DNA of 64,000 nucleotides. Source: Octopus bimaculoides. Lineage: Eukaryota. A program made the position numbers and the translations under genes. This document shows positions 1-13,286 of this stretch, one piece after another. Below the pieces are notes generated by a model. That model was not told the DNA's origin. It ran no database searches and saw only the letters and a program-made list of their open reading frames with translations. The stretch spans positions 60,062,554-60,126,553 of the forward strand of contig NC_068987.1 of assembly GCF_001194135.2 (NCBI RefSeq). Reading direction: 5' to 3'. How positions within the stretch are numbered: position 1 is the first letter of the stretch; every line of letters starts with the position of its first letter.

Positions 1-1
1 A

Positions 2-251
2 ACAATTCCTATCATAGTAGGTGTCTTAGGTATAATAAAAAAATATTCAGACAAATACATAACAAAAACACCAGGACTTACAAATATATATAACATACAG
101 AAAATTGCACTACTGGGTACTGCACACATTCTACGCAAAACACTTTCAATACAGTAAACATAAGAGCACCACAGCAAACCACAGCACATACCCAAGGCGC
201 ACAGAGCTGCGCTCGGTAGTGAAGTGAAAGCACGTTATAAAAATAAAACTA

Positions 252-286
<35 letters not shown>
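2..286 (+). mobile_element. 3' end of an RLE-type non-LTR retrotransposon (R4/Dong-like): ORF C-terminus, 3' UTR and (AAT)n tail; 5' part lies outside the window
   Basis: Frame +2, 2-157 reads TIPIIVGVLGIIKKYSDKYITKTPGLTNIYNIQKIALLGTAHILRKTLSIQ*, matching the IPIIxGxLG...IQKxALLGTAxILR C-terminus of R4/Dong-type ORFs. It is followed by ~100 bp UTR and (AAT)n at 255-286. Confidence 0.8.
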
Positions 287-287
<1 letters not shown>

Positions 288-959
288 CTGGTGTAGAACT
301 CAATATGGGTGTGTTTCAGAACAAAGTGTTAGAGGACTATACAGCGGTTATAAGAAAAGAGATGACACTGGAAAAACAATAGTTGTTATGAACTTTGTTA
401 CCTTACAGCTGTTTCTGCTATACGATGCAGAAGATTCTTAGTTGAGTGTCTGAATGACATCTTATAGCTTCATCGGAACCTCCAATATGAATTACAATTT
501 ATTTGGGAAGAAAAAAGACTTACATTTTTGCAATATACAGGGCAAGTATTACCAGTGAGAAAGTCATTGCTGATATATATAAAACAAGTGTGCTTAAAAG
601 ATTTGGTAGTAAAAGGAGTAGAAAAAACAGAAAAATTATATGTATATATACGCATGCGCTCACATTCCACGAAACACTCGCAGACACACAGCCACTCATA
701 TAAGACAGGAAATATACAGACACGCACACACACACTCATACATACACACACACTCATATGCACACAGACGCACGTATATCTGTGTGTGTATATATGTGTG
801 TGAGTGTACGTTTACATACACACACACGAGCACATGCAGAACATGCACTCATATAAAATGTACATGCACACACAGAAAGAAAAGAAAAGAGAGGAACTAA
901 AAAGAGACAGACGTTAGTTTTTTCTTATACATACATATATACATAAATACATACATGCA

Positions 960-1140
960 GTTCAAATTTACGGAAAACAAAAGACGAAGACAAGTGAAAG
1001 AACAAGTAGCTGTATTAGTTTAACGCTCGGGAAGAATCGAAGTCTTTGACTTTTCGAGCCTACGCTCTTCGATAGAAAGGATTGAGAAGGAAAGAAAATA
1101 GAGAGAGGAAAAATGTGTAGGGAGTAACGGTTTAACATAC
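960..1140 (-). mobile_element. Penelope-like element terminal fragment with degenerate minimal hammerhead motif (1044-1079)
   Basis: Minus strand reads CUUU-CUAUCGA-A-GAGC-GUAG-GCUC-GAAA-A-GUC-AAAG: stem I CUUU/AAAG, stem II GAGC/GCUC, core with 3 substitutions from CUGANGA...GAAAC-GUH. Confidence 0.5.
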
Positions 1141-1679
1141 CTACATAATACATACATACATACATATATACATACATACGGACGTACGGACGTACGTACA
1201 TGCATACACACACGCATATGTATATACACACACATACACACACCGTTTGGTGGTGTAATTGTCAAGCAAATGATTTGATCTGAGTTCGTGCGTTCAAAGT
1301 AGAACGATTGTAATGTAGAAGTTACGTCTTAGTTGTCAAGAAGCATACGTCAGTGACCAGGTGGCATTCAGTGTGAGAAACACTTTGAAAGCGAATGATA
1401 AATGTGTAAGTGGAGTTAACAGACTGTGTTTCTTTTAAATTATTTTGACTGGTTAATATGTATCCCTCATGCTGCAAAAGAATGTGTGCGTGTGTATGTA
1501 TATATATATATATATATATATATNNNNNNNNNNNNNNNNNNNNNNNNNNNNNNNNNNNNNNNNNNNNNNNNNNNNNNNNNNNNNNNNNNNNNNNNNNNNN
1601 NNNNNNNNNNNNNNNNNNNNNNNNNNNNNNNNNNNNNNNNNNNNNNNNNNNNNNNNNNNNNNNNNNNNNNNNNNNNNNA

Positions 1680-1710
<31 letters not shown>

Positions 1711-2739
1711 GCATAAATATATATAGAGAGAGGTACATACATTTGTATGTATTTATATATATATATATATATAAATTTATATAAATACATGTACATATGC
1801 AAATGTGTGTATGTGTGCGTGTGTACATATACATATAAACATTCATTACAAGTAAATGTATTCTCATTTATCAGCTTCCATGACTATACACAAAATAGGT
1901 AGTTTTATATCGTGATACATACACACACACACACATATATATATTTGCAGACACACAGACACACAAACATTCACACACAAACACGTACACGCACACACAC
2001 ACACAAGCACACACACACATATAAGCACGGATTTTTGTAGTATGCATAAATGTTGACTAACTGTCATTTCAATTTAGAGCCGAACTTTGATGGACGATTA
2101 TAAAGTTCCAGTTCCTTGCCAACTTAGTAGATATTAATGGCTAACGTTAAGAATTTAGAACTGATATTTAAGAGGAATTTGTTGTTTTTTTATTGTCATA
2201 TTTGAAACTCTTCAATAAAGTATTCAAGAATCCTACTCTAAATTTCCTTTCGTATAGTATTTCCTTTATGCCAAAAAGACTGTAAAATATTTATTTCTGA
2301 ATTATTCATAGCTTTTTGCTTCCATTTACTACGTACTATATTTAATACTTTTATTGTACGTAGCTTTGAAGAAAAATTGACTGTATTAAGTAATATACGT
2401 GGGTGTTCATTTAAGTGCACAGATTTCTTGTAGGCTTCTAAACAAAACTAAATTATGAAATTCATAGTAATCATAGAAATTGTTTCAAATTTAAGGCGCG
2501 AGGCCAGTAATATTTAATGAAGTAGGTGGTTTATCGATTGCGTCGGCCTGAGTAAGTGATTGGCACAGATTTCAAATTTAAGTGTTGCAAGTGGCGATAA
2601 GGCTAAGCATCAATCATGAGGTTTGATCAAATCTGGCATTATCTCCCCTGCATGTAAAATCAGAGAAATAGTAGTATTTCTCATCAACCTATTTTTCTCC
2701 ACACAACATAAATATTATTAGCTAACTTTTATGACTAGT

Positions 2740-2960
2740 TGATAACATTCGCCGAGTCTGCGACATTTCAACAGCACCTGGCTCAACTGTTTGGAACAAA
2801 TGGCAGTTTGGGACGCAGGACAGATTTCTGTGCTTATCTCGGTGTGCTACGACTCGCGGTAAGTGGAGGGGTGTCGCAAAATGCCAATAATAGCTGCAGA
2901 AATACGGGATGCAATGACGGGCTGCATGAGAGGAAAATCGCCTGGTTTGGATGGAAGTGA
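2740..2960 (+). mobile_element. Tx1/L1-like LINE ORF2 relic (pre-RT linker)
   Basis: 2881-2955 translates MPIIAAEIRDAMTGCMRGKSPGLDG; GKSPGxDG is the conserved motif just upstream of the RT domain in APE-type LINEs. Confidence 0.7.
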
Positions 2961-3344
2961 ATTGAGCAACGAAAAACGTGTAATCTCAGGAGTGGCAAAG
3001 AACTAAGAGTGAGTGACAATAATGGAGTTAAAATAAGAATGGATCGGTGAGGTAATTGTTAAGAATTTACTTAAGCAGGGGGAAGAAATAGAAGGAGATC
3101 CTATGTACTAATAAATAACAATAGACATTGGGAATTCATTATTGAATCTGTAGATTCACAATGAATGTCTTGATTAAAGAAATTTTGTAATAGATAAATG
3201 TATACATATTTATTATATGAATATATATATTTAATATATATATATTATGCTTTACAAATGATGATGTAATTTTTTTTTAATATAACATCATTTCCAATCA
3301 AATTTTTTTGTAATTTTATAAAAGCATTCTGAGTATGTTGGTAT

Positions 3345-3525
3345 GTTGGTATGTTTACGTCCCCGTAATTTAGCTTCTCGGCAAAATAAACCGATAGAAT
3401 AAGTACTAGGATTACAATGAATAAAGCCTGAGGTCGATTTGTTCGACTATAGCCCTTTAAGGCGGTGCTCCAGTATGGCCGTAGTCAAATGATTGAAACA
3501 AGTAAAAGGATGAAAGAATAAAAGA
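3345..3525 (+). mobile_element. 3' half of CORE-like tRNA SINE (family A)
   Basis: Aligns by eye with 56140-56308 (gtttacgtccccgtaa...gatagaataagtactagg...ggcggtgctccag...caagtaaaag). Confidence 0.85.
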
Positions 3526-3679
3526 ATACTAAAATGTCCAAAACGCATAAATGACTGTCTTATAAGATCCACTTAGATAAATAGCTTTCTTATGGGATCC
3601 ACCTTTAACACATTTAAAATTTCTTAGCTGACATTTTTTTTTTCTCTCGGTGTGAGTTACAGGTATTTTTCCGAACTTC

Positions 3680-3890
3680 ATTAACACAAAGTTTGATATG
3701 TTTATGAAACGCTTTCATATATGTTGATGACCTGCACACTGTTACTCCTATCCACAAGCATAATTACTCTCAAGCGACACAGCTCTTTTACCTCCATAAC
3801 AATTCGCATATATGCATCGTCTAGACTAAATCTAGACATTTGGCTCCAATACTTCGTCCGTTACATGAGATGCTGAAATGTTTACATGAC
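3680..3890 (+). mobile_element. Possible highly decayed Gypsy LTR-retrotransposon RT relic
   Basis: In-frame AFIYVDDL (YVDD starts at 3720) and, after one stop, RHLAPILRPLHEMLK (APIL from 3843), resembling RT motif C and the distal Gypsy RT region. The spacing is ~60 codons too short, so an internal deletion must be assumed. Confidence 0.35.
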
Positions 3891-5270
3891 TAAATTGGCG
3901 TATTTAAGAGAACAATGACACAAGAGCTGTAAGTATTAAGAACCTGCCTGCTAGACAATAGCCTCGCCACTCATGAACAGCACACATCTAAAAAAAAGCA
4001 TAATGAATCTTTCAATTTTATAAAATCTATAATTGTTCTCAAAATTTCTGTTGTCCTTTTATTGTAACCAGATATTGATTATATAGTGTAAAAGCCAGAA
4101 AATATTTCTGCTGTCAATACAAATTACAATACACTACATTTGACAATTATTTACGTATCTGTACTGAGCAACTACATCCAGAAAAGGCCAATCCGACTGA
4201 TTTGCAAATAATCTTTAACCTACGTGCTAACACCACAACGTCACTGATGTGCAATTTGTTTCCTACATCTTTTGTATTACAATAACGAACTGTTTCACAT
4301 CTGAAGTAGTAAAATGTATACTGTTTCTACTCTCCGGTCAGTATTTCACTTACGTCTTCAACTTTCATTGCCGTTACTATACTTCATGCCATAGACTCCT
4401 TCGTATCTAAACCTTTAATTTCAAAACTATTATAGCTACAAATTTTCTCTGGATCGATCTTCGCAAAATCAGGCTGAACTAAAATTGCATCACCATCACT
4501 AGGCTGAGAAGGCTTGAACTGCTAAGATCACAGCTCTTATTTCTCACACGCAAAGTTTTTAAAATGAGCATTATCATCTCTAAACCCTGAACATAACATC
4601 TCAGAGGAAAAACATCTTTAATGCAAATCATTTCTGTTACAGTAGATAAAGTTTAACGAGTTTGGAAATCATCATGTGTCTAGTGCTTTCAGTCTGATAT
4701 ACCACATTCAAAATGAATTATTATTTTCGGCAGTGTCTAAGTCTTAGACGTATACATTAAGACATGACAAATTTCCATAAACGTTTGGACAATTTAAACT
4801 TGTTTGTTTTTCACACAGACACAGTTTCTTGATAACAATGCTAATCTCAGTTCAGCAAAACTGCTAATGCGCTACTTTTACTGATAATGAAATAATGAAC
4901 AATTTTAATAGGAAAGACTTGACACATTTAAGATATTTCTTCCTCGCAAGTTCCATTACTTATTTGATAGATTGATAAAAATGAATATTGGAAAATTTCT
5001 TAATTATATCACGATAACAATGAATCAATAATTTTCTAAATGAAATGACCAATCTAGATATGTCAATATAAAGCATACAAGCGCCCAAGTAAGCTGCAGC
5101 ATAAATATTAATGAAACTCCTCGTGGTATGTACCAGATATAAATAAAAGTGATAAAATCTCCGAAATCCCAAAGATATTTCTCCATTAAATCCTAACCTG
5201 AGTCGAAGAGAAGGAACTACACATTGAACAATATAGTCGTAGAGATATTGACAAGATGACTATAACTGGA

Positions 5271-5364
5271 ACATTATTTACATTATTTACATTTGACGGA
5301 TATTTGTCCTCATCTTGTTTGTTAACACAACGTTTCGGCTGATATACCCTCCAGCCATCGTCAG
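5271..5364 (-). mobile_element. Inverted partial copy of the hammerhead-containing module
   Basis: Reverse complement aligns with 5639-5695 and extends ~40 nt further 3'. Minus strand reads CUGACGA-U-GGCUG-gagggtatat-CAGCC-GAAAC-GUU-GUGUU; the 5' strand of stem I is truncated. Confidence 0.85.
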
Positions 5365-5445
5365 CCCACGAGCATATGGTGTAGTGGTTAAGAGCGCGGA
5401 CTACTAACTCCAAGATCCCGAGTTCGATTCCAGGCAGTGACCTGA

Positions 5446-5585
<140 letters not shown>

Positions 5586-5633
5586 ATCGAAAAATACCTT
5601 AGGAATGGGAACCCAGGTTCGAAATTTCCCCAA

Positions 5634-5679
5634 GACACCTGACGAAGGCTGGAGAGCATATCAGCCGAAACATTGTGTT
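5634..5679 (+). ncRNA. Type I minimal hammerhead ribozyme motif (this copy has a G16.2->A change)
   Basis: GACAC(5634-38) / CUGACGA(5639-45) / A / GGCUG-loop-CAGCC / GAAAC(5667-71) / AUU / GUGUU(5675-79). Stem I GACAC:GUGUU and the 5-bp stem II are fully paired; the inverted copy retains GAAAC-GUU. Confidence 0.75.
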
Positions 5680-5695
5680 AACAACAAACAAGATG

Positions 5696-6037
5696 CAACT
5701 GAAGGAGAACATCAATAGAGAAATCAGAGAAGTGGCGTCTGAAACTCTTTAAGGTATTATAGTGCAAGNNNNNNNNNNNNNNNNNNNNNNNNNNNNNNNN
5801 NNNNNNNNNNNNNNNNNNNNNNNNNNNNNNNNNNNNNNNNNNNNNNNNNNNNNNNNAATGTCTGCCATTTAAGCGATGCCATTTGTCATATGTGATGTAG
5901 TAGTGTTGCAAAATTTTTCCTGTGCATATTAATTTCCATTATGTCCGGTATATTGTAACAAAATTTCATGCATTTATTTGTAAAGTTAAGGAAGTTATTA
6001 AAAATTGAAACCCATCAGTGACTTTTGGAACACACTG
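5696..6037 (+). mobile_element. 3' end of Tc1/mariner-superfamily DNA transposon (spans N gap 5769-5856)
   Basis: QLKENINREIR-like transposase C-terminal peptide from 5696; ends in ttttggaacacactg, resembling a Tc1/mariner TIR (cagtgtgttccaaaa on the minus strand). Confidence 0.55.
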
Positions 6038-7140
6038 TGCATCTAAACTGTTTGTATTATCAAATAAATCATATGGCCAAATATATACGGAACATTTACT
6101 TTAAATATAATTCTTCCGTTTTCAGACAAGTAAAACATTTGATGTTATATCAGAACAAATTTGATGTTATATCAGAACAAATAATACAGTGGTAAATTGG
6201 TAAAACAGATAGGAGCCGGATTATGTGCTTTCCCCAGTTAATTTCGTCTGTTTCGGCTAGCATAACGTTGGTTAACTTTACATCGCCTAGGATCGATAAC
6301 AGAAGAAACACACGATTCAGTAAAATGAAAAATTTCGTCTTAAAATATGCACTTTGGTCTAAATATGAGAAATAAATTATTACAACAAATAACACTTAAA
6401 CATTATTGTTTTAGTTCATTTTGGCTTCAGCTTCATACAAAATGGTTGGTATCTACGCAATAACAGACATCACAGTGAAATATAGCAGTATTGTTACTCA
6501 TTCTTTATAACTTAAACCAGCAACACATTCAAACTTTTAAAACAAACATATACATGGTGTAATGTGCAGGTAATAAGCTTGTCTGTTCCTATTTAAAAAT
6601 ACTCAATTATGAATTTGCTCAGTCTCCCATGGTTGATATATGCGTACCTCTTCACGCTAATACCATCAAGCTAAACTGCTTTCATTCAAAATATTCTTAA
6701 AACCATGCAATATGTTTCAGGATTCACCACCGAGCATTAATGTGTCGTCGACAAATAATGGATAGCAGCATTAGAGAACGTTATCTAAATAGCTTCATAT
6801 TACACTTTTAGTAGCAGATGCAAATACTCGATAATTACAATAGTGATTTCAAAATTTCTTATAAATATTTAAAAACAAATAAAAAAAGTGTGAACTATAA
6901 ATTTATTTTGATTTTTTTATTCTGTTCCCGGGAAATCTTTTGTTAGTTTATGATTATGCTGATGATAGAAAAATTGAAACATGATGTCTCCATTTTGTAT
7001 TATGTCAAAGAATCTCCAAATTGCATCACATCAACCCAAAATGGTCATGGTGTATATTATATTTTATTTCCTAAAACTATTTTCTACGAAACAAAACGGC
7101 TGATTATGCGGAAGTCTTTAACATCCAGTACATTCAAACT

Positions 7141-7516
7141 GGAGCAACCACATGGTTCCGGGTTCAGGCCCACTGCGTGGCACCTTGAGCAAGTGTCTTC
7201 TACTATAGCCTCGGGCCGACCAAAGCCTTGTGGGTGGATTTGGTTGACGGAAACTGAAAGAAGCCTGTCGTATATATGTATATATGTGTGTGCATATGTT
7301 TGTGTGTCTGTGTTTGTCCCCCCAACATTGCTTAACAACCGATGCTGGTGTGTTTACGTCCCCGTAACTTAGCGGTTCGGCAAAAAGAGACCGGTAAAAT
7401 AAGTACTAGGCTTACAAAGAATAAGTCCTGGGGTGATTTGCTCGACTAAAGACGGTGCTCCAGCATGGCCACAGTCAAATGACTGAAACAAGTAAGAGTA
7501 AAAGAGTAAAAGAGTA
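7141..7516 (+). mobile_element. Near full-length CORE-like tRNA SINE (family A)
   Basis: B-box gggttcaggccc, CORE-like caccttgagcaagtgtcttc, internal (TA/TG) spacer, 3' tail ending (gagtaaaa)n; matches 55891-56308. Confidence 0.9.
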
Positions 7517-10284
7517 ATTCCTACGCGGTAGCTGATTTAGAAAAAAGGAATCATTTTTATTCCGGGTGTCTTAATTTATCGCTTATATGATATTCTCTAC
7601 GACATTCTAAAGATATCGTTTAAGGAAAGTATTTTTTATATGAAGTTTTAAAAGTTAAAAATGTTCGACAATGTTCAGAAATGTGGATTCTAATATCTCG
7701 GGCATCTAAAATATCGTCTTTCTTATTCAATCAGAAAAGTTAGAAATCACTGTACCTCACGGAAAATGAACTAAAGTTCTCGGACTTTTATAAACCATTT
7801 TCTTTTCTTATTTACAGGTTTATCGAGCCTTATGCTCATGAGTAAATCTTTTATTGCACCAATTTGTTCATAAATACCACAAATAAAGAACTATAAAGCT
7901 GTTTAATCCTTTCCCAAATGTCATATCCATCTTACACAAAAATGCACCAATGGGAAGAATCGTTATCAATCGAAGAGCTGATGGTAGTATCTTGTTACTA
8001 TCACTGCAGTGAATCAGTGAACCCTCATCCGTGCTGTATATTGGTATTAAATTCAGAAAGAATTTATATTTGTAAGCATTGAGAGAGTGCAGCTGACTTG
8101 GAATCTTAAAATGACTTTAGGTTAGTAAGAGTTGGAATTCGTCGAGCTGGGTTTCTCTTTTCCTCGGCAAACTGTATAAAGTATCCGTATGTATTCATTC
8201 AATATGATAGGTATTGGGATTTACTACAAAGTTATCCAAATACCGAGATGAACTTTTGTCCTGTTTTAGTAACATATGAATAAAACACAGCAAATTGAAC
8301 TTAGTGTTTAAGTGAAATTAAATTATGTCCTTTGAGATTCTAAAGTAACATATTAGGTAAAATATTATTTCCACACTCTTATATTTTCGCTTCCCATCTT
8401 CATACCGTTACTTTTTGGGGTGATTTTTAGTTGCCTTTCTAGAGTAGATGAATGTGATAGGAATATATAACTCTGAATAATCGAATGCAGGTCTCTGCGT
8501 AATTTTCACAAGAAAGAAATAAAATTAATGTATAGACTTCCTTTGACGTCACATTTCGTTGATTAACACATAAGATACCATTTAAATTTTAAATTTTCCT
8601 AGAACAGTGTCTCCCGGAAACCTTCCAGGAATACTCAAGATGATAAGAAGTGCGTTTAAAACGATGAAGAAGAGCCGAAATTAAGAATCTAGAGTGGAAA
8701 ACCATTGATGCTGCAAGTCTATCATAACTTTACTAATTTCAATTTACTGTACAGAACAAAAAACTTATAATCATGGAATTGAAATGAGGTTGCTACATCA
8801 ATAACATTTTTCCTAAGAAATTAACAATTTAGGTGAAGTCAATAGGGTTCTAATTAATATCAAACATAACCACAAATTTAGTCCCACGGAAGATTTTCAT
8901 CTTTTATTAAAGCGTCCATTTATGTAACATAAAACATTATTGATACGTAGGCGTAAACCAGGTTCAGAGTTCCAATTCCCATAGAAAAATTCACCTGCCC
9001 GTAAATTAGATGTCAAAACATGTTCATTGTATATAACGTAGGTGCAATTTTATGAAAATATATTTAGAGATTATAAGGAAAGATAATCGAGATTACTCAT
9101 CTCTAATGGCCAACTCAGAAGTGTATAGTAGACATTTATATACTCCATTCCTCACTTTAATACCACCAACTGGATTTTTGACATCTTTAAAAGAGATCGC
9201 TATGTGGCAAACACTCTGGTCAGCTGTCTGATCAGAAAATATTTTCCTGCCTGTTTCTCACCAGTACCAGAAACCCTAAAAAATCAGGTATTTCCCTTCC
9301 TTCTTTAATTGAGCCATTCAAAATTGTGGACTTATTTGTTCCAATTTGGGGGATTTGCCAAGCAGTAATATAAGGTTTTAATCTACAAAGAAAATTCATT
9401 GGAAGATGCTGACTCTCTAAGGACTTCGCTGCAGCAATTATAAGATAGACTGACGTTGAAATAGGAAATATGTGAATTCTGTAAAGCAATGTTTTTGCAT
9501 TAGCCTGTATTCTGTAATAGGGACTGGTGATGGGTATAATTTTAACTCTTTCCGTACTATTACCTGCAAATATCCCCAGAGTCTTGTTTCTAGTTTGATT
9601 GAAGCTAATTGAGCATAGTATCAAAGTCGTTCGTTTTCATTAAATATGGGACTACATGGCGCTTTATATTTGTGATTCATATGCAATGGCTTCCATATTT
9701 CTACGCTTCATTTATTTCTTCTTTTAAAATGTAAGACATTTACATATACATACCTCAAATGAAGAACTCAGTAAGAACGCTTTATGCATTAGCTCAATAA
9801 ATATCATCTATAATTCAATTATAAATCAGGTTCGATTTACAGTTTAGCATAATGGGGGAAATAAATAGTTTGTTAAATACTGTTCTGCTGCTATAATTGT
9901 CTCAGAATCTTAAGCTTCATTAGAAATTTAAACTACGTGATTTTGTCACATAAAGGGAAACATCCAATTGTATCTAATACGTTAGTTACTTTTAAAAAGT
10001 TAACAAAACATGTCAAAAGTGTGTGGTTATCACGAATACAGTAATATCTTTTGTTTCAATGTAGTAAAAGTTGTATTTCATGCTAAATCAAAATATATCT
10101 TTCTAATTTCTATATAAGATCCATCACAAAATATTCCACAACCGATTAGTGCTTACCACAATTTGTCTGAAATCGAAATTGCAAGCCACAACAGAATGAA
10201 AAGAAAGCTCTAAATAACGTATTTTCTTTATATCTTTCTTTCTTCTTTCGTCTTCTTTTCTTTTTATTTTTGTCTTTTGCAAGC

Positions 10285-10288
<4 letters not shown>

Positions 10289-10372
<84 letters not shown>
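10289..10372 (+). repeat. (TA)n(TG)n microsatellite
   Basis: Seen directly. Confidence 0.98.
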
Positions 10373-10376
<4 letters not shown>

Positions 10377-10639
10377 TATATTGGGAAGCTCAAAAATATT
10401 GAGAGAACACAGATATTCATATTTGATGTAATTTCATGTCTGCAAAAAAACAAAAAAAAAAAAACAAACAAACAAAAACAACAAAGTAATTTTTCTTCAC
10501 ATCAAATAAAACCAGATATTGATACACTTCATAAAACTAAAGATATTACAAATGTATATACACAAATAAACGATATGTACAAAAAAATATAAATATTGCA
10601 ATAAACAAGCAAAACACACACACAAATATACACACATAT

Positions 10640-10751
10640 ATGTGTGTATGTATATATATATATATATATATATATACATACAACTAAAAGCTAGACATTT
10701 CTATTATATGTCACACTCATACATACACACTAAACAATATATATTATATGC

Positions 10752-10803
<52 letters not shown>

Positions 10804-10920
10804 GTGTGTATGTATGTATGTATGTATGTATGTATATATGTATGTATGCATGCATGTTGGTAGGTAGGTAGGTAGGTAGGTAGGTAAGTAGGTAGGTAGG
10901 AAGGTAGGTAGGTAGGTAGC
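10640..10920 (+). repeat. Compound (TA)n/(TATG)n/(TAGG)n microsatellite cluster
   Basis: Seen directly. Confidence 0.95.
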
Positions 10921-11295
10921 TTGGCTGGTAGATAGGTAAGTATGTGCGTATGTATAAGTTTCTTAATATTTAAATTTAATACTTATGATAATCCTACATT
11001 TTCAAAAGTTTTTCCCGTTTCTTTAATATTCATCTTTATAAATGTTTCTGCTTTTTAATATTCAATATATATGAGAGCGTAAGCTTTTGTTTGAGAGTAT
11101 AGTGTATCTCTGTGAGGGTGTAAGCGGCTAATCTGAACGAAACCGTGTGAATACAAAAACATAGCTGTATGTTCGTTTGAGCCTATGCTATATCAATTTC
11201 CAATGTTGTTTATAAAAATTACATATTACATATGTATGTTAAGTGGATTTTTACTTATTGGACAACTATAAATACTTCACTGTAAATATTCATCA

Positions 11296-11336
<41 letters not shown>

Positions 11337-12074
11337 AGTTAGATATATTATCCGGGCGGATACCGTATTAGCTCCCGGTTAAGTTCCAGTTAACGACTAA
11401 CCACAACGATCACTATCTAACTTTTTTGTTTACATATTGTTATATATTTCATGTTATTTAGAAAATGAACTAAACAGGACAGAAAGAGACAGGAGGGATG
11501 GAGTTTCGCTTAAGAGGTCATATACGTGTGACGAAAGACTTCCAGGCATAGGACATTAAATAAGAACCATAATAAAATAAAGTGAAGAATGAATATATAG
11601 TGCGTGTGTTTAGATGACAAAAATGAAATCCCGAAATGTAATATGTGCATGTGTGTGAGTTTGTGTGAGTTTGTGTGTGTACATATATATATGTATGTGT
11701 GTGTGCGCGCGTGTGTACATTTATATACGTTTGTATATTTCTCATCACTGCTTAGCACTGTACTACTACTACTATATGTGTGTGTGTGTGTATGTACGTA
11801 TATGTGTATGTATATACACACACACATATATATGTATTTACAAATATAGATATATATATAAGTGCATACATATATACATTCATACACATACATAGATATA
11901 TACATTATGAAAATTTACAAGCTTGGAGAGAATTTGAGCAGATTATATTTTACGGTAGGGCTGAAGAAGATAAAGTTAGTAGATGTGTGCATCTGCCCGA
12001 ATGCAGCCTTCCACTTTTTCCATTCGAATTTTTTTTATTAATTCAGTATTCCATTTGCTATTATCTATAGCTTC

Positions 12075-13286
12075 GAGTGCCCTCGTAAAAATAATTTACC
12101 ATATATAATGGCCTGAATTGAATCTAAAGCACTGTTCATAGATGTGGGGTGACATGACGTCACCTTCACCGAGGATACAGCCAAAGACTATTACAGTTAG
12201 AAGGAAATTAGTTATCGAAAGACTATTACAGTTAGAAGGAAATTAGTTATCGAAAGACTATTACAGTTAGAAGGAAATTAGTTATCGAGATATGTGGGAC
12301 ATGAGATGGAACATAAGCAAGTCACCTTTTGTTCTGGGTTGTTGTGCAACTGGTCCTGATAGAAGTTCTTTTCATCTGAGAAGAACCAGACCATCTCCGG
12401 CTCCAGAGAGTGCTGCAGTTAGTTCAGGAATATTTTGCCTTCGGTAAGCGGTTCACCTTGGCCTGGGCTCTCAGAATTTCTCCCTTGCACCTCTTGTACG
12501 AGTAGTAGTGAAGGTCCTCATTAAGATCCAGTTTTATGGTGGTGATTCCAATTCTCGGCAAAGCTGATTTTGCTCGGATCGTCCATCACCTTGTCCTGCG
12601 GTTATTGCATGAATTGCGGCGTGAAGATGTAGTCAAAACACCTGCTGTGTCCCTTTCTGCTGCCCGTGACTTCGTAATTTACATTGCAGCTCTCCATATC
12701 ACATCTTACAGCTTCACAGTGTTCACAGAGCATTGAGCAGCAGCCCTGATGTCAGCATTTTGAAACCCAGCGCAAACCATAATACAGGTAACCCTTTTCC
12801 AATAATCAGATGGCTCCAGTACTCCATATCGGCTAACTTCTTCTCATCCACAACTTTAATCGATATACATGCCGGCAACGACTGTAGATGACCGCAAACT
12901 GGTGACTGTGATATCTCTTAACCGTACAGTTTCGGCTTTAGACCGAAGCATCGTCAGAAGAGTCGGCACAGTTTGGCGGACTGTAACCCGCTTGATTATT
13001 ATGTGTGGGACGCAGTTGAGCGGGAGAACAACAAAACTCCTTGTAACACCAACAATGAACTGAAGGCAAGGATTATGGCAGCATTCACCAACTTAAACAA
13101 GGAGATCATCCAGAAGAGTTGCAGAAGATTCCGAAGTTGTCTGGAGGCTGTAATTGAAGCTAATGGCGATTTTACTGAATAAATTTACTCATTAGTATTT
13201 CAAGATATTTTTACGTAATTTTGGTAAATATATCTGTTAAAATGAGATGTCAGTATTTTGATTTTTACGTAACGTTGATGGCACTC

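Noticed and set aside
4380-4510. Minus-strand AILVQPDFAKIDP as a LINE RT motif
   Set aside because: Single short resemblance with no supporting downstream RT motifs in frame.
9232-9624. 130-aa ORF with faint piggyBac-like RLKPYI..KPPNW wording
   Set aside because: Similarity is too weak and needs frameshifts; no TTAA/TIR found.
12183-12287. CRISPR-like 35-bp direct repeats
   Set aside because: No spacers, no cas genes and a eukaryotic context; the unit is a piece of transposase coding sequence.
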